DNA of 63,306 bases, filler included, from Reclinomonas americana ATCC 50394 (Eukaryota): the NCBI GenBank assembly GCA_048213135.1. It is 14 parts of 14 records of this genome, joined end to end, with 100 filler letters (N's around TTAATTAATTAA, not from the genome) between each part and the next. Parts side by side here need not be neighbours in the genome. Positions count along the whole stretch, not along the records: positions 7,031 to 13,701 come from AFZH01021740.1; positions 13,802 to 20,074 come from AFZH01021741.1; positions 20,175 to 25,846 come from AFZH01021742.1; positions 25,947 to 33,363 come from AFZH01021744.1; 10 more parts are not named here. One strand, given 5' to 3'. The notes under the pieces are model-generated. The model ran no database searches and had not been told where the DNA came from. It saw only the letters and a program-made list of their open reading frames with translations. Positions 11,601 to 26,245 of this stretch are shown here, piece after piece (the first letter of the stretch is position 1; the number at the start of each line of letters is the position of its first letter). Position numbers and translations under genes: made by a program.

Positions 11601-14360
11601 ATGACAGGCAAGCACATGGCAGAGTGCAACTAATCTGCCTTGCTGGGGTATTGCACACGCAACAAGCAGTCTGTCCAGCACAATTCGCTCGTCCGTGCTC
11701 AACTCCGCATTGAATGCATAGCGACCGCACTTGACGCGCTGCAAATACGCACCCCGTGAGACATTGACAATCAACACAACTGCCTCCCAAGCCATACACA
11801 GGCGGCGACAACGCCGTACCTTACTCGTCTTTGATTCTTCACCATCATCACTTCCTGCATCCTCCTGTGAACGCAACGCATCAGCGCGTGGCCGAGTCCA
11901 CGAAGACACACTCAGTCTCCGTCATTCATGAACTGTTGATGCTCAACTTCTTCATGCTTGACGTCATCGTCGCCTTTCTTCACCACCATTTTCACATCGC
12001 CAGATTCTGCGTGGTGCTGGTCAACACCAGCGCATGCAACAACAACAGTCGCACGAAGTTGCAGACCTTTTGATTGGCACCAAGCGACGGCGTGCGCAAT
12101 CTCGGCCTCAGAGAGGTGGTTGTCTCGGAGAAGAGCAGTCAGAAGACCACCGCACTCGCGCAGCGCATCGATGGCCTGCTTGACGAACGGCTGAAGATGG
12201 TCTTTTCGAGATTTGTTTTGTGTTGTTAATATCTCCCATGACTCCTGCCAATGAAGCCGAGTGAGCGAAGTTCAATCGACATGAACACAATAGACACAGA
12301 AAGTCTTTAAAAAGCCCGCACTCACCTCCGAATACCCGCGCACATCAACCACAATAAGTGGTCTCTCTACAGCATCCACCAGAGCCGCGCCACTGAGCTG
12401 GCTCATCTGCATTGTGCAATCATCTTCATTTTGGTTCACATGCCACTATCGTCACAAGGCACACACGCTTGCTCACCTCGATGTACTTGCTCACGCTACG
12501 GAGCACACCCTTCACGGACCTGGGCGTTCTGTTGCGTGAATCATTTGCAGCTTGACCAAGCTTCTTGCCGAATGCGCACTTGACTGCAGACGACGAGCAA
12601 CCCCGCTCCGACGATGGAATCCCGCAGTCGTCGCAGGCAACGTCGAAGAGTACACTCTGATGGTGGAGGACAGTGGACGGCTGAACAACGGGTGCCATCA
12701 ACCCGAATGCCTTCACCAGAATCCTCTTCCGATTGCATCGCTGTGAGTAATACAAGAAGAACAGTGAGTGCGACGAGGAGAAGGAGGAGGCTGAAGGCGT
12801 TGCAACGATGTCAGAGAGAGCATGCACACGCAACAAGCAGCTTGTTCAGCAACAGCTTCTCGTCTGCGCTCAATTCCACTGGGGTTTTCGCAGCTCGAGT
12901 CTTGCCACGCTGTGAATGCACAACATGCGTCATTGTCGCACAAGAGCCCACATGCAGATCGATGAACAAGCACACAATGTCAGCCACGGAATCCATACCT
13001 TCTTCTTCTTTGGCGGCGCAAGCTCGTCATCGCTGGATGCATCCACCTGCAAAGAATGAAGAATAACATCAGGTGCCAACTGTCATGCACGAGCGAGAGG
13101 CAAGTGAGACGCGCGCCTCATCGGAGTTCACCTCCAGAGAACGCTTGCGGGCCGATGTCTCCACTGAGTCACGTGCAGGCAAGTCCTCACTGTGCTCCAC
13201 CAGAGACGAGTCAACTCGCCGCCTCCTCGTACGTTGCTGTACAATCATGCCATGAAAGAGAGAGAGAGAGAGAGTTCAGTGAGAGACATGCTCATCCTGG
13301 GATGACACACAATCACTGTACCTCGACAATGCCTTCCATCGCTGTGTGTTGCATGTGCTCCTGGTGGGCAGCTGTGTGCATGCACCACCCAGGTGAGACA
13401 CTACGTGACGCGAGAAAGGAGACAGAGAGAGACGCACCCTGCTTAGTGCGGTTCTCCGCGTCACTTTGGGCAGCGGCAATGGCGGCTGTGCTCTCGTCAG
13501 CGTGCTTCTTCTTCTTGTCCTTCAAGAGGCCAGCTGGTTCTGCAACAGGGAATGAAACAACGACAATCCATGAGGAGAAAGAAGAAGAAGAAGAAGAAGA
13601 AGAAGAAGAAGAGGAGGAGGAGAGGAGGAGGAGAGAGAGAGAGAGAGAGACGAGGTAGACGTACTACGACTATACTACTACGTACGTACGTTACGGACGT
13701 ANNNNNNNNNNNNNNNNNNNNNNNNNNNNNNNNNNNNNNNNNNNNTTAATTAATTAANNNNNNNNNNNNNNNNNNNNNNNNNNNNNNNNNNNNNNNNNNN
13801 NGGAGGAGGAGGAGGAGGAAGAGGAGAGAAACGATGCACTCTCCATCATCATCATTACATTGAGAGGAAAGCAGATGTGGAGCTCAACACAGTCACACAA
13901 GCACACACAGAGAGGAAGGGAGGGAGGGAGTGCGCACAGCTGCGGCCACATGAAGGACACAAAGAGTACACCGACAACAGAGAGATAGAGATGAAGATGC
14001 ACACACACACACACACACACCTTTCTTGGCAGTAACACTGGTGGTGGTGACAGACGTGGAAAAAGAGGAAGAGGAAGAAGAGGAGACAGGCACTCGTCGC
14101 CTCGCCATCGCAGGCACACTACGATGAGCAGATGACCCCAATGCGCTCTTCTTCTTCTCATCATCATCATCGTTGCTGTTGATGTAGAGAGAGGAGGAAT
14201 GCATCATCATCATCGTCGTCAAATGCTGCTTGCTGTCGATGAGCATCATGTCTGCTTTCTCGTCGTCGCATGGAGAAGAGGCAGACATTGGCAGCGAAGG
14301 AGTTGTTGTTGTCGTTGTTGAGTGAGGGCGAGGAGGAGGAGGAGGACGTCGAGCGGCCAT
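8654..14360 (-). CDS. Array gene 2: paralog with 4 modules (A-B-C-D/E hybrid)
   Basis: ATG of MAARRPPPP at 14360. Phase-1 donor at ~14020 and acceptor at 13539 lie on either side of a gap. Core exons fall within ORFs 12426-12836, 11262-11909, 9842-10477 and 9111-9641. Ends ...EEEYM* (TAG 8654-8656). Confidence 0.72.
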
Positions 14361-15226
14361 TTGTGTGTGTCTTGGTTGTCTAGCGCGCTGCGTGATGTAA
14401 GCAACGAAGAGAGGGAGAGAGAGAGACAAGAAAGTAATGCAGATTCGTTGATCCGAACAGCAAGATGAAAAGGAGACAAGTCGTGATGTGGGAAGAGGGA
14501 AGAAGAAGAGGAAGGGCAGAGGAAAGAAGGAGAGAGAGGAAGGTGTCAGAGAACTGGACAACCTTGGGTGCATCGTCAACTGCGATTGTTCTCCATGACC
14601 AGCAATGCATATCTCCTTGCAATTGGTTAGATCATGGAGAGAACATGGATCAGGGGAAGCTGCAGCTGAGATGCTGATGGACAACAACTCCACAGAGAGT
14701 ACAACAGGGCAGATGAGCAGCATCCCCTCGATGGACACCGAGGAAGAGCCACGGACAGATACAATGAGAAGGGTCACGATACTATCCGACTGAAAACCAC
14801 AACCCTGATCGTCATCGAGACTGCATGCCAACTGCACCCGCTGAGATGGTGTCGAGTGCAGGTGCAGGAGTATCAACAGGCCCAACAAAGCAGCATTGCC
14901 TGCTGCTCAATCCACATCGATCCACAGGAACTACGAGTCACTTGCACAATCCCGCGATCGACGACTCCCTCCCCCGCAGCTGCTGGTGGGCCATCATGCA
15001 CCAGCGGTCTCTGCTTCCTTCTTCTTCAACAAGCTTTATCGACCACAACACCATGCATGCGCTGCTTGGCCATTGGAACCTCTTTCCCTCTCCCATCCCT
15101 CCCGCTGCCACTCACTCCCACTCTCTCGCCACGCACCGGTGTCGGTACGTCATCGTTCATCCAAGGCAGCGTCTTGCTCTTCACATCCAGCCCCTCCTCC
15201 TCCACCACTACCTTGAATTGCCTGCC

Positions 15227-18200
15227 CTACATGTATTCCTCCTCCTCCTCCTCCTCCTCCTCCTCCTCCTTCTCCTCCTCTTCCTTCACCACCTCCATTT
15301 TCACCGGCTTCTCGTCACTCAGCACTGCATCACGCATGTCAGTGAGGATGCCGGGACGACATGCAACAACACAAGGTGCTCCCAGATTGTTGCATTTGGG
15401 AGCACTCACCAGCACGTGCAATCTCCGCCTTTGAAAGACAACCGTCTTGAAGCAGAGTGGCCAGCAGGCCAGAGCAATTGTGAAGCAGATGCATGGCTTG
15501 TGTGACAAAAGTCAGAAGAGTATTTGGGCCTCCCTTCCGTATGTGCTCGGCACATTCCTACAATCCGAGAAAAGCAATGTAAGTCAGCATCGGCAAGTCA
15601 CAACAGTATACACAATCATGATTGACATGCCTCAGAGTGCCCACGCTCGTTAATCAGAATCAGTGGTCTCTCAACAGCATCCACCAGCGCAGCTCCTCGA
15701 AGTCCGCTCTTCTGATGATTCCACATGCACACAATGGAAGCTCGGTCAGTAGCCACGCACACCACAAGCGGATGTGACACAGAAATAACGAACTGACACT
15801 CACCTCGATGAAATCGCTCACGCTCTCGAGCACACCCTCAATTGACTTGGGCGTCGTGCCGCGTGCATTCCTGGCACTTTTGGCAAGACTCTTGCCAAAT
15901 GCAGCCATGACTACGGATGATGGACTGCCCAACCCCTCTGACGGTATTCCGCAGTCGTCACAGGCAAGTTGGAACAGAATTCGCTGATGATGGAGGACTG
16001 TGGATGGCATCACCACGGGTGCCATGAGGCCGAATGCCTTCACCAAGATCCTCTTCTTGTTACCGCCCTGCTCTCAGGTGTGACGGATGGGTGGGAGCGA
16101 GTGAGGAGTTTATGACAGCAATGCCGGCAATACAGAGATCACGCAACAAGCAATCTCGCCAGTATCAAATGCTCGTTGATGCTCGACTTCGCAGGATCAA
16201 TCTTGCGGCGCTGTGAAACACAAGCCACGCAGTATTGAGACGTACCTCATGCATGCCAAAGAACGCAGCGTCGGGCATACCTTCTTTTTCTTCGCGTCAT
16301 CGTCCACATTGTCGCTGTCGTCATCATCTTCCTGCTCATCCTCCCTCTCCTCCTCTTTCCTCACCATCTCCATCTCCCTGACGACTGTTCACTCATTTCT
16401 CAGCACACGTAAGCAACAAAGCCACGAGCACAAGCAGCCAAACCTGTTTTACTGCACCACGCGGCGGCACGTGCAATCTCCGCCTGCGAAAGGCAGCCGT
16501 CCCGAAGCAGAGTGGCCAGCAGGTCTGGACAGCCGTGGAGGGCCTGCACGGCCTGCATGACGTGTGGCAGAAGAGCATTAGGAGTGCCTCCCTTCTGCGA
16601 CTTTGCTGATTCCTACCCATCCAAGCCACAGCAGTATTCGTGAGCCAGCTTTCAATGACGCGAATTAGCAAACACACAGTTTCACACGCGCCTGAGAGTA
16701 ACCACGTTCGTCAATCATAATCAGTGGCTTCTCGACGGCATCCAACAGCTCAGCTCCCCGAAGACCACTCTTCTGATGGTGACATCCAGTCAGGTACTAC
16801 GCACATAACAATCGGAAGGACACTGAAACAACACACCGACACTCACCTCGATGAAGTTGCTCATACTCTCGAGAACGCCCAAAACTGATTTGGGCGTCTT
16901 GCTGCGTGCTTTGCTGGCACTTGTGGCAAGACTCTTGCTAAATTCAGCCATGACTGCGGATGATGGACAGCCCGGTCCCTTCGATGGTATTCCGCATTCG
17001 TCACAGGCAAGTTGGAGGAGAACGCGCTGATGATGGAGGACCGTGGATGACATCACCACGGGTGCCATGAGGCCGAATGCCTTCACCAGTATCCTCTTCT
17101 TGTTGCGACCCTGCTCCAAGGCGAGGTGAGCAGATGGTAGTAACAGCATTGCCGGTGACGTGCAGAGATGATAGCAACACGCAACAAGTAATTTCGCCAG
17201 CATCAGATGCTCTTTGACGCTCAGCTTCCCAGGACCACTCTTGCGGCGCTGTGAAGCGCAATCCAATCAAAGTTAGGACACCCACCTGCCTCGCATCTAA
17301 CGGAAACGGGCGACGGGCGTACCTTGCCATCGTCCTCATCCTCCTGCTCTTCCTCCCTCTTCTCCTCTTTCTTCACCATACTCATCTCCCTTGAAGCTGT
17401 TCAGTCGTTGTTGAGCACATGCGCACACTATGCAGCTATGCAAGTCACACAACCAAACCTCGTTCACCGCACCACTGGACAGCACGTGCAATCTCTGTCT
17501 TCGAAAGACAGCCGTCTCGAAGCAGAGTGTACAGCAGGCCAGGGCAGTTGTGGAGAGCTTGCATTGCCTGCGCGACGAATGGCTGAATTGGTGTCTGCCG
17601 GCTGCGCCGCACCCTCGGCAACTTTGACGACTCCTGACACACGAATTCCAGAACACAGAACGTGAGAATATGGCAGCCAATGTGTAAAACGCACACAGAT
17701 CGCAAGACAGCCAACCTCCGAATAGCCATGTTCATCCACCACAACCAGGGGTCTCTCAATGGCGTTCGCCAGAGCAGCGCCACGCAGTTCACTCTTCTGC
17801 ATAATGCCACATACATTAGCGATGATATTGATTCAGTCGCGCGAAATGAATGCAGCTCACCTCGATAAAGTCGCTCATCATGTGGAGCACTCTCTCAACT
17901 GACTTGGGCGTTAAGGTGCGTGCCTTTTGGGCGAGCTTGGCAAGACTCATGCCGAATGAGCTCACAACTGCCGTCGAAAGGCAGCCTGCTTTCGATGAAG
18001 GGATGCCACACTCCTTTCTTGCCAAGTCAAAAAGAAGCCGCTGATGACGGCACATTGTGGATCCCATCACAATCGGTGCCATAATGCCGAATGCCATCAC
18101 CAGTATCTTCGTCTTGTTGCAGCACTGCTCTCGATGGAATACATCGGTGGTGCGGTGAACACTCAAGTAGCAAGACGACTACCGAAGAAGGAAATGACTG

Positions 18201-20542
18201 CATTCACACGCAACAAGTAGCCTCGCCAGCATCAGTTGTTCATCCTTGCTCATTGTGAGAGAATTACTCTCTTGTCGCTGTGAATGCGTTCCATGAGACG
18301 ATGCCAGTATGCACCCACCCCATCATCCATGGTCATACCTTGCTCCTGTTACCTTCTTCGTCCTCATCTTCTTCCCCGTCGACCCTCGATTCGTCCTCCT
18401 GTTCCTCCTCCTTTTTCTCATTCACATCCTCTTTCTTCAGCACCTTGGCCTCCAGCAGAGCTGCACCTCGTTCGTCAGTTCTGACCTAACGCACAGCAAA
18501 ACGCGCCCGACGCCATCCAACCTCTCTCACTGCACCACTCGACGGCCCGTGCGATCTCCGCCTCGAAGAGACAGCCATTTCGAATCAGTGACACTTGCAA
18601 GCCGGGACACTCGCGCAGGGCCTGCGCGACTTGGACGATAAGCGGCAGGAGACGATCGCGTGTATTCGGTGGATTCTCCATCATCCATGACTCCTGCACA
18701 GCGACATCGTGAAAGAAACGGGTGAGTGGACACAAACCAGGAAATGCAAAAGAGTGCACAAAGGAAAGTTTGCACACCTCCGAATGACCGCGTTCATCAA
18801 CCACAATAGGTGGTCTCACAATGGCATCCGCCAGAGCAGCACCGCGCAGTTCACTCTTCTGCACAGTTGCGCGTACATCATTTTGGTTCACATGCCAGTC
18901 GCATAAGAGATGGAGAGCACACACAGATGCTAACCTTGATGAACCTGTTCATGCTCTGGAGCACTCCTTCAACAGACTTGAGTGCTTCTTTGCGTGCCGT
19001 TCTCACGTCATTGCCAAGGGTCCTTCCGAATGATTCCATGACTGCGGCCGACGGACTGCCAGCTCCCGATGAAGGAATACCACACTCCCTGCAGGCGAGA
19101 CCAACGAGAATCCGTAGGTGGTGCAAGACTGCGCGTCGCTGCAGAATAGGCGCCATAAAACCGAATGCCTTCACCAGGATCCTCTTCCGATTGCATCGCT
19201 GTGAGTGAACAAGAAAAATAGTGAGTGCAACGAGGAGAAGGAGGAGCGAGGTGGGTTGCACACGCAACAAGCAGCTTGTTCAGCAACAGCTTCTCGTCTG
19301 CGCTCAACTCCTCTGGCACTTTTGCAGCTCGAGTCTTGCCGAGCTGTGAATTCACAACATGCGTCATTGACACAAGAGAACCCAAATGCACATCGATGAA
19401 GAAACACAACAATGTTAGCGACAGAATCCAAACCTTCTTCTTCTTCGTTGGCGGTGCAAGCTCATCATCGCTGGATGCATCCAACTGCAGAGAATGAAAA
19501 AATATTAAGTGTAAACTGCCAAGCACGAGCGAGATGCAAGCGATGCGCACGCCTCATCGGAGTTCACCTCCAGAGATCGCTTGCGGGCTGACGCCTCAAC
19601 TGAATTACGTGCAGGCATGCCCTCCATGTGATCCACCAGGGACGAATCTACTCGCTGTCTCCTTGCATGTTGCTGTGCAATCATGTCCAGAGAGAGAGAG
19701 AGAGAGCGAGAGAATCAGAGACATGCTTATCTTGGGATGGCGCACACAATCACTGTACCTCGACGATGCCTTCCATCGCTGTGCGTTCCATGTGTTCCTG
19801 GTGAGCGGCTGTGTGCATGCACCGCCCAGGTGAGACACAACGTGACGCGAGAACACCAATGACTGCAGGAGAGAGAGAGAGAGAGACGCACCCTGCTCAG
19901 TGCGATTCTCCGAGTCACTTTGGGCAGCGGCAATGGCGGCTGTGCTCTCGTCGGTGTGCTTCTTCTTCTTGTCCTTCAAGAGGCCAGCTGGCTCTGCAAC
20001 AAGTGAATGAAAACAACGACAATCTATGATGAGAAAGAAGAAGAAGAAGAAGAAGAAGAAGAAGAAGAAGAAGANNNNNNNNNNNNNNNNNNNNNNNNNN
20101 NNNNNNNNNNNNNNNNNNTTAATTAATTAANNNNNNNNNNNNNNNNNNNNNNNNNNNNNNNNNNNNNNNNNNNNACACACACACTACCTTTCTTCGCAGT
20201 GACACTGGTGGTGGTAACAGACGTGGAAGAAGAAGAAGAAGAGGAAGAGGAGGAGGCAGGCACTCGTCGCCTCGCCATCGCAGGCACACCACGATGAGCA
20301 GACGACCCCGATGTGCTATTCTTCTTCATCTCATCATCATCATCATCGTTCTTGATGTTGATGGAAGAGGAGGAGGAATGCATCATCATCGTCGTCACAT
20401 GCTGCTTGCTGCTGTCGATGAGCATCATGTCTGCTTTCTCGTCTTCGTCGCACGGAGAAGAGGCAGACATTGGCAGTGAAGGAGTTGTTGTTGTTGTTGA
20501 GTGAGGGCGAGGAGGAGGAGGAGGAGGACGGCGAGCGGCCAT
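15227..20542 (-). CDS. Array gene 3: paralog with 4 modules (A/B hybrid-C-D-E)
   Basis: ATG at 20542. Exon 1 ends AAG AAA G|GTAGTG and joins TTGCAG|AGCCAGCT at ~19993. Core exons fall within ORFs 18878-19270, 17816-18166, 16790-17266 and 15660-16046. Ends ...EEEYM*. Confidence 0.72.
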
Positions 20543-21760
20543 TTGTGTGTGTCTTGGTTGACGAATCGCGCGCACACACACACGCGCTGTGTGATGCAAG
20601 AAACGCAGAGAGGGAGAGAGAGAGGAAAGCAATGAAGATTCGTTGATCCGAACAGCAAAGATGAGAAGGTGACAAGTCACGATGTGAAGGTGGAGGGAAG
20701 AAGAAGAGGAGTGGCAGAGGAAAGAAGAAGAAAAGATGATGTCAGTGAACTGGGCAACCTTGGGTGCATCGTCAAACAAACTGCGATTGTACTCCATGAC
20801 CGGTACCAGCCATGCATGTCTTTGTTTTGGATCACTCTCAGACGGAGAGAACAGGGGAAGCTGCAGCTGGGATGATGATGGACAACAACTCCACACTGAG
20901 TACAACAGGGCACATGAGCATCATCTCCCCGATGGACACCGAGGAAGAGCCACGGACAGATACAATGAGAAGGGTCACGATATTAATATTGCGATTCAGC
21001 TGAAACCACAACCCTGATCGCCATCAAGACTGCATTCCAACTGCACCCGCTGCAGTGGAGCCGATAGGAGGCGCAGGAGTATCAACAGACCCAACGAAGC
21101 AGCATTGCCTGCTGCTCAATCCACATCGATCCACAGGAAACACGAGTCACTTGCACAATCTCGCGATGAGGCACACTCCTACCCGCAGCTGCGCGCGCAT
21201 GCTGGTGGGCCATCATGCACCCGCGGTGTACTGCGCTGCCGCTGCCATGAAAAGAGAAGAAGTAAGTGTCGCTGCTTTCGAATAAGGCCGGCCTTGGTCA
21301 ACAAGACAGCCATTCTCATGCAAAATCACGACAGCAAATGCATGCCACCGTGGCGGCTACACGTACAGCAACATCCATTCGCCTCTCGAGAAGCGTGATG
21401 GCCTCGGTTCCAGTCCTTATTCACTCGCCTTGCTCATCCTATCTGCGACAACAACAGCAGTCAGCTGCATGCAGAGAAAACTCACATGCAAAGTCCATCG
21501 CTCACAACACAGGACAGCTGTTCAAAATACTGATGCACTGGGTTTCTGCTTCCTTCTTTTTCGACAACCATCATCGACCTGACAAACAACTTGCTTGTGC
21601 CACTTACCCAGTAAACCGTCTTCCCCTCTCTCATCCCATCCGCTGCCACTCACTCCCACTCTCTCGCCACTCACCGATGCAGGCATAACATCGTCCATCC
21701 ACAGCAGCGTCTTACTCTTAACATCCAGCCCCTCCTCCACCACTACCTGAATTGCTTGTT

Positions 21761-24700
21761 CTACATATCCTCCTCTTCCTCCTCCTCCTCCTCCTCCTCC
21801 TCCTCCTCCTCCTCCTCCTCTTTCTTCACCACCTCCATCTTCACTGGCTTCTCGTCGCCCACCACTGCATTCATGCTCGTAAGTGTTGATGCCGGAACGA
21901 CATGCAACACCACAAGGTGCTCCCTGATCATTGAAGTTGGAGCACTCACCAGCACGCGCAATCTCCGCCTTTGAAAGACAACCGTCTCGAAGCAGAGTGG
22001 CCAGCAGGCCAGGGCAATTGTGGAGCAGATACGTGGCTTGTGTGACAAAAGGCAGAAGAGCATTTGGAGTGCTTCCCTTCCGAATATGCTCGGCACATTC
22101 CTACAATCCGAGAAAAGCAAAGTAAGTCAGCATCGTCAAATCACAACAGCGATCCCAACAGTCGTCGTCCACATGCCTCAGAGTAACCGCGCTCGTCAAT
22201 CGCAATCAGTGGTCTTTCGACAGCATCCACCAGCGCAGCTCCTCGAAGTCCGCTTTTCTAATGACCCCGCATGCACGCAATGGCAGGCAGGTCAGTTGCC
22301 ATGCACACCACAAGCGGATGTGACACAGAAATAACAAACTGGCACTCACCTCGACGAAATCGCTCACGCTCTCAAGCACACCCTCCACTGACTTGGGCGT
22401 CGTGCTGCGTGCTGTATTGGCACTATCGGCAAGACTCTTGCTAAATGCAGCCATGACTGCGGATGATGGACAGCCCGGTCCCTTCGATGGTATTCCGCAA
22501 TCGTCACAGGCAAGCTGGAAGAGAACGCGCTGATGATGGAGGACTGTGGATCCCATCACTACGGGTGCCATGAGGCCAAATGCCTTCACCAGAACCCTCT
22601 TCCTGTTGCCGACCTGCTCTCGGGTGTGACGGATGGGTGGGAGTGAGTGAGGAGCCGACGATGACAGCAATGTCGGCAATATACAAAGAACACGTAACAA
22701 GCAATCTCGCCAGCATCAATTGCTCGTTGATGCTCAACTTCGCAGGATCAATCTTGCGGCGCTGTGAAACACAGGCCACGCAGTATTGAGACGTACTTCA
22801 TGGCATGACATAGAACGCAGCGTCGGACGTACCTTCTTTCTCTTCGCGTCATCGTCCTCATTCTCGCTGTCGTGACCATCTTCTCGCTCACCCTTCCTCT
22901 CCTCTTCTTTCTTCGCCATCTCCATGTCCCTCAGCGCTGTTCACTCATTTCTCAGCACACGTAAGCAACAAAGCCACGAGCACAAGCAGCCAAACCTCTT
23001 TTACTGCACCACACGGCGGCACGTGCAATCTCCGCCTGCGAAAGGCAGCCGTCCCGAAGCAGAGTGGCCAGCAGGTTTGGACAGCCGTGGAGAGCCTGTA
23101 TGGCCTGTCTGACGTGTGGCGAAAGAACATTGGAAGCGCCTCGCTTCTGCGACTTTGCAAACTCCTACCATCCAGTGTGAGCCAGCTTTCAAAGCCGCAC
23201 ATCAATCAGCACACACAGTTTCACACGCACCTCAGAGTAGCCACGTTCGTCAATCACAATCAGTGGTCTCTCGACGGCATCCACCAGCTCAGCTCCTCGG
23301 AGACCACTTTTCTGATGGCGACATCCACGTCAAAGTCGAGTCAGGTACCACGCACATAACAATCGGAAGGATACCGAAACAACACACCGACACACTCACC
23401 TCTATGAAGTTGCTCATGCTCTCGAGAACACCCTCCACCGACTTGGGCGTCTCACCACGTGCTCTATTGGCACTATCGGCAAGACTCTTGCTGAATGCAG
23501 ACAAGACTGCGGCTGATGGACACCCTGGTCTCTCCAACGGTATTCCGCATTCGTCACAGGCAAGTTGGAGGAGAACACGCTGATGATGGAGGACTGTGGA
23601 TGGCATCACCACCGGTGCCATGAGGCCGAATGCCTTCACCAGCATCCTCTTCTTGTTGCAACCCTGCTCCAAGGCGAGATGAGAAGATGGAAGTAACAGC
23701 ATTGTCGGTGACATGCAGAGATAACAGCAACACGCAACAAGCAGTTTCGCCAGCATCAGTTGCTCGTTGATGCTCAGCTTCGCAGGACCACTCTTGCTGT
23801 GCTGTGAAGCGCAAACCACACAGAGTTAGGACACGCACTTGCCTCGCATCTAACGGAAACGATCGACGGGCGTACCTTCACATCGTCCTCATCCTCATGC
23901 TCTTCCTCCCTCTTCTCCTCTTTCTTCACCATCTCCATCTCCCTCAGTGCTGTTCAATCGTTGTTGAGCACATGCGCACACTATGCAGCTATTCAAGTCA
24001 CGCAGCCAAACCTCGTTCACCGCACCACTTGACAGCACGTGTGATCTCTGTCTTCGAAAGACAGCCGTCTCGAGGCAGAGTGGTCAGCAGGCCAGGGCAG
24101 TTGTGGAGAGCTTGCATTGCCAGCGTGACGAATGGTTGATGGAGTGTCTGCCTGCTGCGCTGCATCGTCTGCAACTTTGACGACTCCTGACAACCAAATT
24201 CCAGAACACGGAGCATGAGTATATGGCAGCCAATATGTACAACGAACACTGAGTGCAAGGCAGCCAACCTCCGAATAGCCACGTTCATCCACAACAACCA
24301 GGGGTCTCTCAATGGCATTCGCCAGAGCAGCGCCACGCAGTTCACTCTTCTGCATAATGCCACGAACATTAGCGTTGATATTGACTCAGTCGCGCGAAAT
24401 GGACGCTGCTCACCTCGATAAAGTCGCTCATCATCTGAAGTACTCCCTCAACCGACTTGGGCATTGAGGTGCGTACGTGTTGGACGACACTGCGAAAATT
24501 CCTGCCGAGTGAACTCACAACTGCCGTCGAAAGGCAGCCTGCTTTCGATGAAGGGATGCCACACTCCTTGCTTGCCAAGTCAAAAAGAATGCGCTGATGA
24601 TGGCAGATTGTGGATCCCATCACAATCGGAGCCATGATGCCAAATGCCTTCACCAGTATCCTCTTCTTGTTGCAGCACTGCTCTCCCATGAATCACATGT

Positions 24701-26245
24701 GGCGCGATGAACACTTAATCAGCTAGACGACTACCGAAGAAGGACAAGACTGCATGCACACGCAACAAGCAGCCTCGCCAGCATCAGTTGTTCGTCCTTG
24801 CTCATTGTGTGAGAATCACTCTCTTGTCGCTGTGAATGCGTTCCATAGGACGATGCCAGTATGCACCCACACCATCATACATGGTCATACCTTGCTCCTC
24901 TCACTCTCACCCATGTCGTCCTTCCCGTCCTCCTCCCCGTCGACCCTCGAATCATCCTCCTCCTCCTCCTCCATCTTCATCTCTTCTTTCTTCAGCACCT
25001 TGGTCTCCAGCAGAGCTGCATCTCGCCTGTCAGCCTGACATCTCGCACAGCAAAACGCGCCCAACGCCATCCAACCTCTCTCACTACACCACTCGACGGC
25101 CCGTGCGATCTCCTCGTCGGAGAGACAGCCGTCTCGAATAAGCGACGCTTGCAAGCCAGGACACTCACGCAGGGCCTGCGCGGCCTGGGCAATGAGCGGC
25201 AGGAGAAGGTCGTTTCTCTTCCCTTTTTTCTCCATCATATTCCATGACTCCTGAAACACGTTCGACATCGTGAAAGAAACGGGTGAGTCGACACAAACCA
25301 GGAAATGGGAAGAGCACACAATGGAAAGTTTGCACACCTCCGAATGGCCCCGTTCGTCAACCACAATCAGTGGTCTCTCAATGGCATCTGCCAGAGCATC
25401 GCCGCACAGTTCACTCTTCTTCAAGAGATCACATGCACTGACGTTGGCTCACTTTCCAGTCGCACCAGAGACGGAGAGCACAGACCGATGCTCACCTCGA
25501 TGAACTTGCTCATGCTCTGGAGCATTCCCTCAACTGATTTGGGCGTGTTGGTGCGTGCCATGCTGACGACATGGCCAAGACTCTTTCCGAATGAATCCGT
25601 GACTACGGGCGACGGACTGCCAGCTCCCGATGAAGGCATACCACACTCCTTGCAAGCAAGTTCAACGAGAACGCGCTGATGATGCAAAACTGTGTTTCGT
25701 TTCAGAATCGGTGCCATGATACCGAATGCCGTCACCAGTAGCTTCTTATTGTTGCATCGCTGTTCGCACACATCCACGCACGCACCAGGTGTTACGACAG
25801 TCAAGCACATGGCAGAGTGCAACTGATCTGCCTTGCTGGGGTATTGNNNNNNNNNNNNNNNNNNNNNNNNNNNNNNNNNNNNNNNNNNNNTTAATTAATT
25901 AANNNNNNNNNNNNNNNNNNNNNNNNNNNNNNNNNNNNNNNNNNNNGAAGAAGAGGAAGAGGCAGGCACTCGTCGCCTCGCCATCGCAGGCACACCACGA
26001 TGAGCAGACGACCACAATCCGCTCTTCTTCTTCTCGTCATCATCATCATCTTTGCTGTTGATGGCGAGAGAGAAGGAGGAATGCATCATCATCATCGTCG
26101 GCGTCACATGCTGCTTGCTGTCGATGAGCATCATGTCTGCCTTCTCGTCGTCGCACGGAGAAGAGGCAGACATTGACAGCGAAGGAGTTGTGGTTGTTGT
26201 TGAGTGAGGGCGCGGTGGAGGAGGAGGAGGGCGTCGAGCGGCCAT
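21761..26245 (-). CDS. Array gene 4: paralog with modules B-C-D-E visible; exons 2 onward and module A presumably lie in the gap at 25847-25946
   Basis: Exon 1 ORF 25895-26245 (MAARRPPPPPP) runs into the gap. Core exons fall within ORFs 25421-25822, 24369-24689, 23289-23819 and 22206-22700. Ends ...EEDM*. Confidence 0.65.
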
